DNA of 63,750 nucleotides, counting the filler, from Craspedostauros australis (taxonomy: Eukaryota): assembly GCA_030167865.1 (NCBI GenBank). It is 8 parts of 8 records of this genome, joined end to end, with 100 filler letters (N's around TTAATTAATTAA, not from the genome) between each part and the next. Parts side by side here need not be neighbours in the genome. Positions count along the whole stretch, not along the records: positions 38,496 to 62,549 come from JALAGF010004384.1; positions 62,650 to 63,750 come from JALAGF010004417.1; 6 more parts are not named here. One strand, given 5' to 3'. Each line of letters begins with the position of its first letter. Within the stretch, counting starts at the first letter, position 1. Under the pieces are notes generated by a model, which searched no databases, was not told the DNA's origin, and saw nothing but the letters and a program-made list of their open reading frames with translations. The position numbers and the translations under genes were made by a program. Of this stretch, positions 59,801 through 63,750 are shown in pieces.

Positions 59801-60968
59801 ACTTCATCTTTGGATCTGAGAAATACCAAATCTGCGGGTAATCCTCGACGAATCCGTAGTCACGCAGGATTTCTGTGCCACGCATAGCAGATGACGTGGG
59901 GCGGTGTGAACCGTGTGTTGGTGGGGAATGGGCACGCAGATGTGTGGAGAGCATATTATGTGAGCAAAAGAGCGGGGGCATGATCGAACGCACGCATTTG
60001 TGGGCATGTCTGAACTGAACGCGCATACTCGCACGCAGACAGGGTTGGTTGCAGCACGATCACAACGAAGAGTCGCAGTCGCAATCAACTTCATGTTCGT
60101 GTCCATGCTCACCTGCAACACCGTAAATGTCCTGACGTCCTCCACAAGTCTCGCACATATTGAGCGTCATGTAGAGCTGCTCGCCAGCCTTGATGTCTCG
60201 CGTTGCGTGCACGGAATAGGCCCTGCCATCCGCTGAGGTGTCGATGTTGGTGTAGTCCCCATTGCGGTGGTTGTAGATATCCGCGAAGGGCACCAGCAGG
60301 TGGTTGTCACCTCGCGACACCAGGATGGCCGCTGCCAACCGACCGATGTCCGTGTCCTCGCCCTTGCAGTCCTTAAGGTAGTCTTCGTCGATCCATTCGA
60401 TGGGCTCCATGGGTGGCAGCCCATCAAAGACGCCGGCTTCGCCGGACAGGACCTCCATGAGCAGGTCCTTGCCCTGGGGAGACCAGATGCTGGGAATCGC
60501 CAGCTCCTGCGGGCTGAATTCCTCCAGCGCCGCGAGGAAGTCGAGGTAGGGCTTGTGCGGCGAGTTGTCGGGATCCTTGAAGGCCTCCACCAGCTTCTCC
60601 ACGCTCTCGCAAGGCAGGACCGTGTCCGGCGCAGGCCCCTCGGTGGGTCCATCCAGTTCTTCGAAGTAGGCGAGGATGTTCGGCACCGGGACGCTGGCCA
60701 GCATCTCGCCCTTGGGGATGTCCTTGGTGGCGAAGACGCCCAGCTTGGACTGCTTCAGCGGCTCCTGGATGATCTGCACGTTCTGCAGCTCGATGTTGAC
60801 GAAGCCTCGCTTGGTGTTGCTGATCCAGTGGATCAGGCCGTCCACGGCGGTCATCATGGCATCCGCGGCGGCGTCGCTGGCCTGCGCCGATGCGACCGCC
60901 CCGTTGCCGGCCAGCAGGGCCTGCAGCAGCAGCAGGGACACCATTCCCATGGTCCGCAAGCCGCCCAT
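56841..60968 (-). CDS. Signal peptide + SET domain + spermidine-synthase-like aminopropyltransferase + degenerate AdoMetDC-like domains, ending SDEL; exons 60968-60113 and 59872-56841 (1295 aa)
   Basis: SET: GVFATKDIPKGE, PFADIYNH, ATRDIKAGEQL. GT(60112)..AG(59873) intron gives YGVAEILRDYGFVE. Aminopropyltransferase: FIGGGDS, LELDQ, IIDLSE. AdoMetDC-like: EGYVVIRRWPEANYVALDI. Confidence 0.9.
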
Positions 60969-62126
60969 GGTTGCTGCTGTCTTCCAGTTCCTCTGCTTGC
61001 AAGGATGCTGATCACTCGGCAGCCTCTGCGTCTTCTTCTCTCTGTCGCTCTCGATCTCTTCGTCTCTTCTTGCGATGCAATCGGGTGCGTGCAGAACAAG
61101 ATTATGGAATGCCAACAGCAGGTGTTCTGGATCGCAGCTTGTGCGAGTGTCGGATGTGAGGATTCGGTTGCTGCTGTGTTCGCGGTTGACTGCGCTGCAA
61201 CGCCTCTGTGCAGGAATGGCGGATGACTCCCTCGCACTTTGTGGAAAATGAGTTCCGGTGCGCGAAAGATCTCGTTTTCGAACCGTTGGATATGCTTTTG
61301 GGTGCAAAAAGACATACTTCATTGTCGTATGAGACCTGAAGACGGTTCACATGAAATCGTGATAGTGGCTCATGCGGAATTCGGACTCTCTTGTGTGTTG
61401 ATTTTCTCCCTATTGTTCGCTTTTGGGAGAAGCGGTTATTAACAATATGGCTCTACTTTGGTGATTCAATGTCAGGCGAAGGACGCCAGTACAATGTGGG
61501 ACATCGTCAGCATTGTTTCGTTGTGATGGAGGGGTTGTGTGGTTTGGGTACTCACAAAGTGTTCAGCAACTGGAGACATTCGGCTCTCTACTATTAGTAT
61601 AATACGATATAGAGTATTATATACTTCAAGAACTCGATAGATATGGTGTATAACTACGGAGCCAATATGATGTGCGGCTTGCAGGAATACCAGGACAGTG
61701 ATGATGATGATGATGATGGATACTGAAGGGAGGGCAGCCTGGTGCCATCCAGAATTGCATGAATCCACGTCGCGACGGATAGCAAGCCATGACAATATTG
61801 AACAGATGATGCATAATAATGGAGGTGGTTGTAAGGGTCATAATTTCATAACTGGTCAGCCTCGTTCACCCCGATTTCAAGTCACGACCAGAAGTCCCGT
61901 ATCCAAATCTGCCCCCAAGACTAAATCAGTGCCTGTCAATCCATTGATTCCTTCCATGCATCACCATTTCTCTCCACGACCATTTTCCTCGTATCACCCT
62001 GTTCAGGGTTGTCATGTCATCATTTGCGGATTGTTAAGATAAGCATTATGTACATCCTATTATATTGTGGAGAGTATAGTATACTTTTCATACCATAGGA
62101 TGAGTCACTGTGCTCTATTGTATTAT

Positions 62127-62549
62127 CCCTTAACGACCCGGGTCCAACGCGTTCATTATATCCTTTTTTTTTCGGCCCGTGTTAAATTTTGAACGAGGTT
62201 TCCCTACCAGGAGCTACGACAGAAAGCTTTCTTTTTTAATCTAGTTCGGAACCATTCTTCTTATTCACACGGTTTTACTGGTAAAAAATTTCGTCAGCCC
62301 TGATCCTGACCATGGTATGTAGCCCAGTGTTGCTTGCAGATGTAGACATCACAGATGTTGCACATCCTTCTCACTCTTTTCGGTTTCACCCCTGCCTTTC
62401 NGTCTTTCTTTGCTTTCGCCTTCAAGAACGCACAGTATGTGCAGGTCCGCTGGCACCCTTCTCTCACGATGAGCTCCTTGTGGTCGCGATACTCTCCTGT
62501 CAGTCTCTTCAAACTCAGCCTTGGTGACTTTCTGCTCATTCTCGATGCT
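62127..62549 (-). mobile_element. 3' end of a piggyBac-like DNA transposon (Cys-rich C-terminal domain and terminus)
   Basis: ORF end CTYC...CNICDVYICKQHWATYH (stop at 62294), AT-rich subterminal region, terminus TTAT|CCCTT at 62123-62131. Confidence 0.6.
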
Positions 62550-63750
62550 NNNNNNNNNNNNNNNNNNNNNNNNNNNNNNNNNNNNNNNNNNNNTTAATTA
62601 ATTAANNNNNNNNNNNNNNNNNNNNNNNNNNNNNNNNNNNNNNNNNNNNAGCATCCAAAAACCATCCAAACATCTGCTTATCATGCTATATCTCAATGAT
62701 ACAATGTTTACAATTAAATCTAATCATTTCATGCATACACCTGACTATCTTTGAATCAGAATATCGAAGTTAAATTGAAATAGAAGTTATTTTTTGTCAT
62801 GTTGGCCACCACACAGTTGTGCGGTGGAATCGANNNNNNNNNNNNNNNNNNNNNNNNNNNNNNNNNNNNNNNNNNNNNNNNNNNNNNNNNNNNNNNNNNT
62901 TCAGTAAATTGCGCACCACAATGACTTGGTATACCCCCCATCTATCCAATCCATGAAGCTTGGCCACAGATACCCACATCTAATGGGCCAAAGTGTCCAC
63001 ACACTGGAAAAGAGCGATTTCGAAAAGCCGTTTTCAATGCGGACACAGTACGGATATGGATCCATACCTCATCCATATGACCCTTTCAGCCCCTCCACAT
63101 GACCCTCGTGCATTTCCACACTCTCTGACGACATGCTGATGCATTCAGAATGGTTTGGGCGTGGATGGTACCGATGGTACACCTCCATTTGGCAATGCCA
63201 ATTGTTTTTTTGCCGCCCCACCAAGAGCAACAATTCCTTGGATAATCTTGACCGCAGCCTCTCCCAGACAATATCCACGGCGCATACTTCGTGACGAGCA
63301 TCTTGAGCCGATGTCGTACGTATTCTCAATGGGTGGTTTGGCGATTGGACGACCTGTTGATAGCGCCGATCACAGCCAAATGCACGCGATGGACGCGCCG
63401 CCACCCCCCAAAAACCTTCTGCTCTCCACCTTTTCGTCCGCGCGGACACCTTCGCGGGAGTCTCCGAGCCTCAAACTTCACGGGAACCTTGTAAATTGCC
63501 TCCTGTGTGTGTCTTGCAAATCCACAGGCGCTGGTGTGGCTTGTGTATTGCATACACAGGTCTCATCCAATGAGCCGATCTGCCACCAAAATGTGTCCTT
63601 CGTTCGAGGGGCTGCCGCCGCCCCAAATCAGCCTCTATCGCAGCCCCCTCTCGCCCACCCACCAAAGGTTGCATCGCGGTGACGGCGATGTGCGTGGATG
63701 TTGCATTGGACGGCTGGTTGGTGCGGCGCTGCGGATGCCGTTGGACGGCC

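Noticed and set aside
62650..63750. Possible further transposase fragments (for example KQMFGWFLD on the minus strand)
   Set aside because: Too short and broken by gaps to support a call.

Overview
Eukaryotic nuclear DNA from a draft scaffold, most likely a diatom: it has a CoDi-type Copia element, a DUF6824 protein, a diatom-type cyclin and a SET/aminopropyltransferase fusion. Seven 100-bp gaps carry an artificial TTAATTAATTAA linker. Two gene-dense arms flank a repeat-rich, haplotig-containing middle (about 20.6-39 kb). Genes: Crinkler-like NTPase+nuclease, mitochondrial ribosomal mL41, DnaJ, a membrane protein, a secreted beta-propeller/jelly-roll protein, cyclin, LipB, GT10 fucosyltransferase, two allelic copies of a COG3899-like ATPase, Cys-repeat proteins and pseudogenes, an eEF3-like HEAT-only protein, DUF6824 protein, DNA ligase I, WDR75/UTP17, DDI1, a GT77-like transferase and an ER-retained long-chain-polyamine-type fusion. 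The best finding is an intact Ty1/Copia element with no tRNA primer-binding site. The 17 nt at and just after its 5' LTR end are the perfect reverse complement of a segment inside its own LTR, in the geometry needed for Tf1-style self-primed reverse transcription. That segment begins at the base after the position where the gag-pol ORF would stop inside the LTR. An apparently identical LTR with a 5-bp TSD sits in an intron of one ATPase allele and is absent from the other, indicating recent activity. Family assignments come from motif recognition only; no searches were run.
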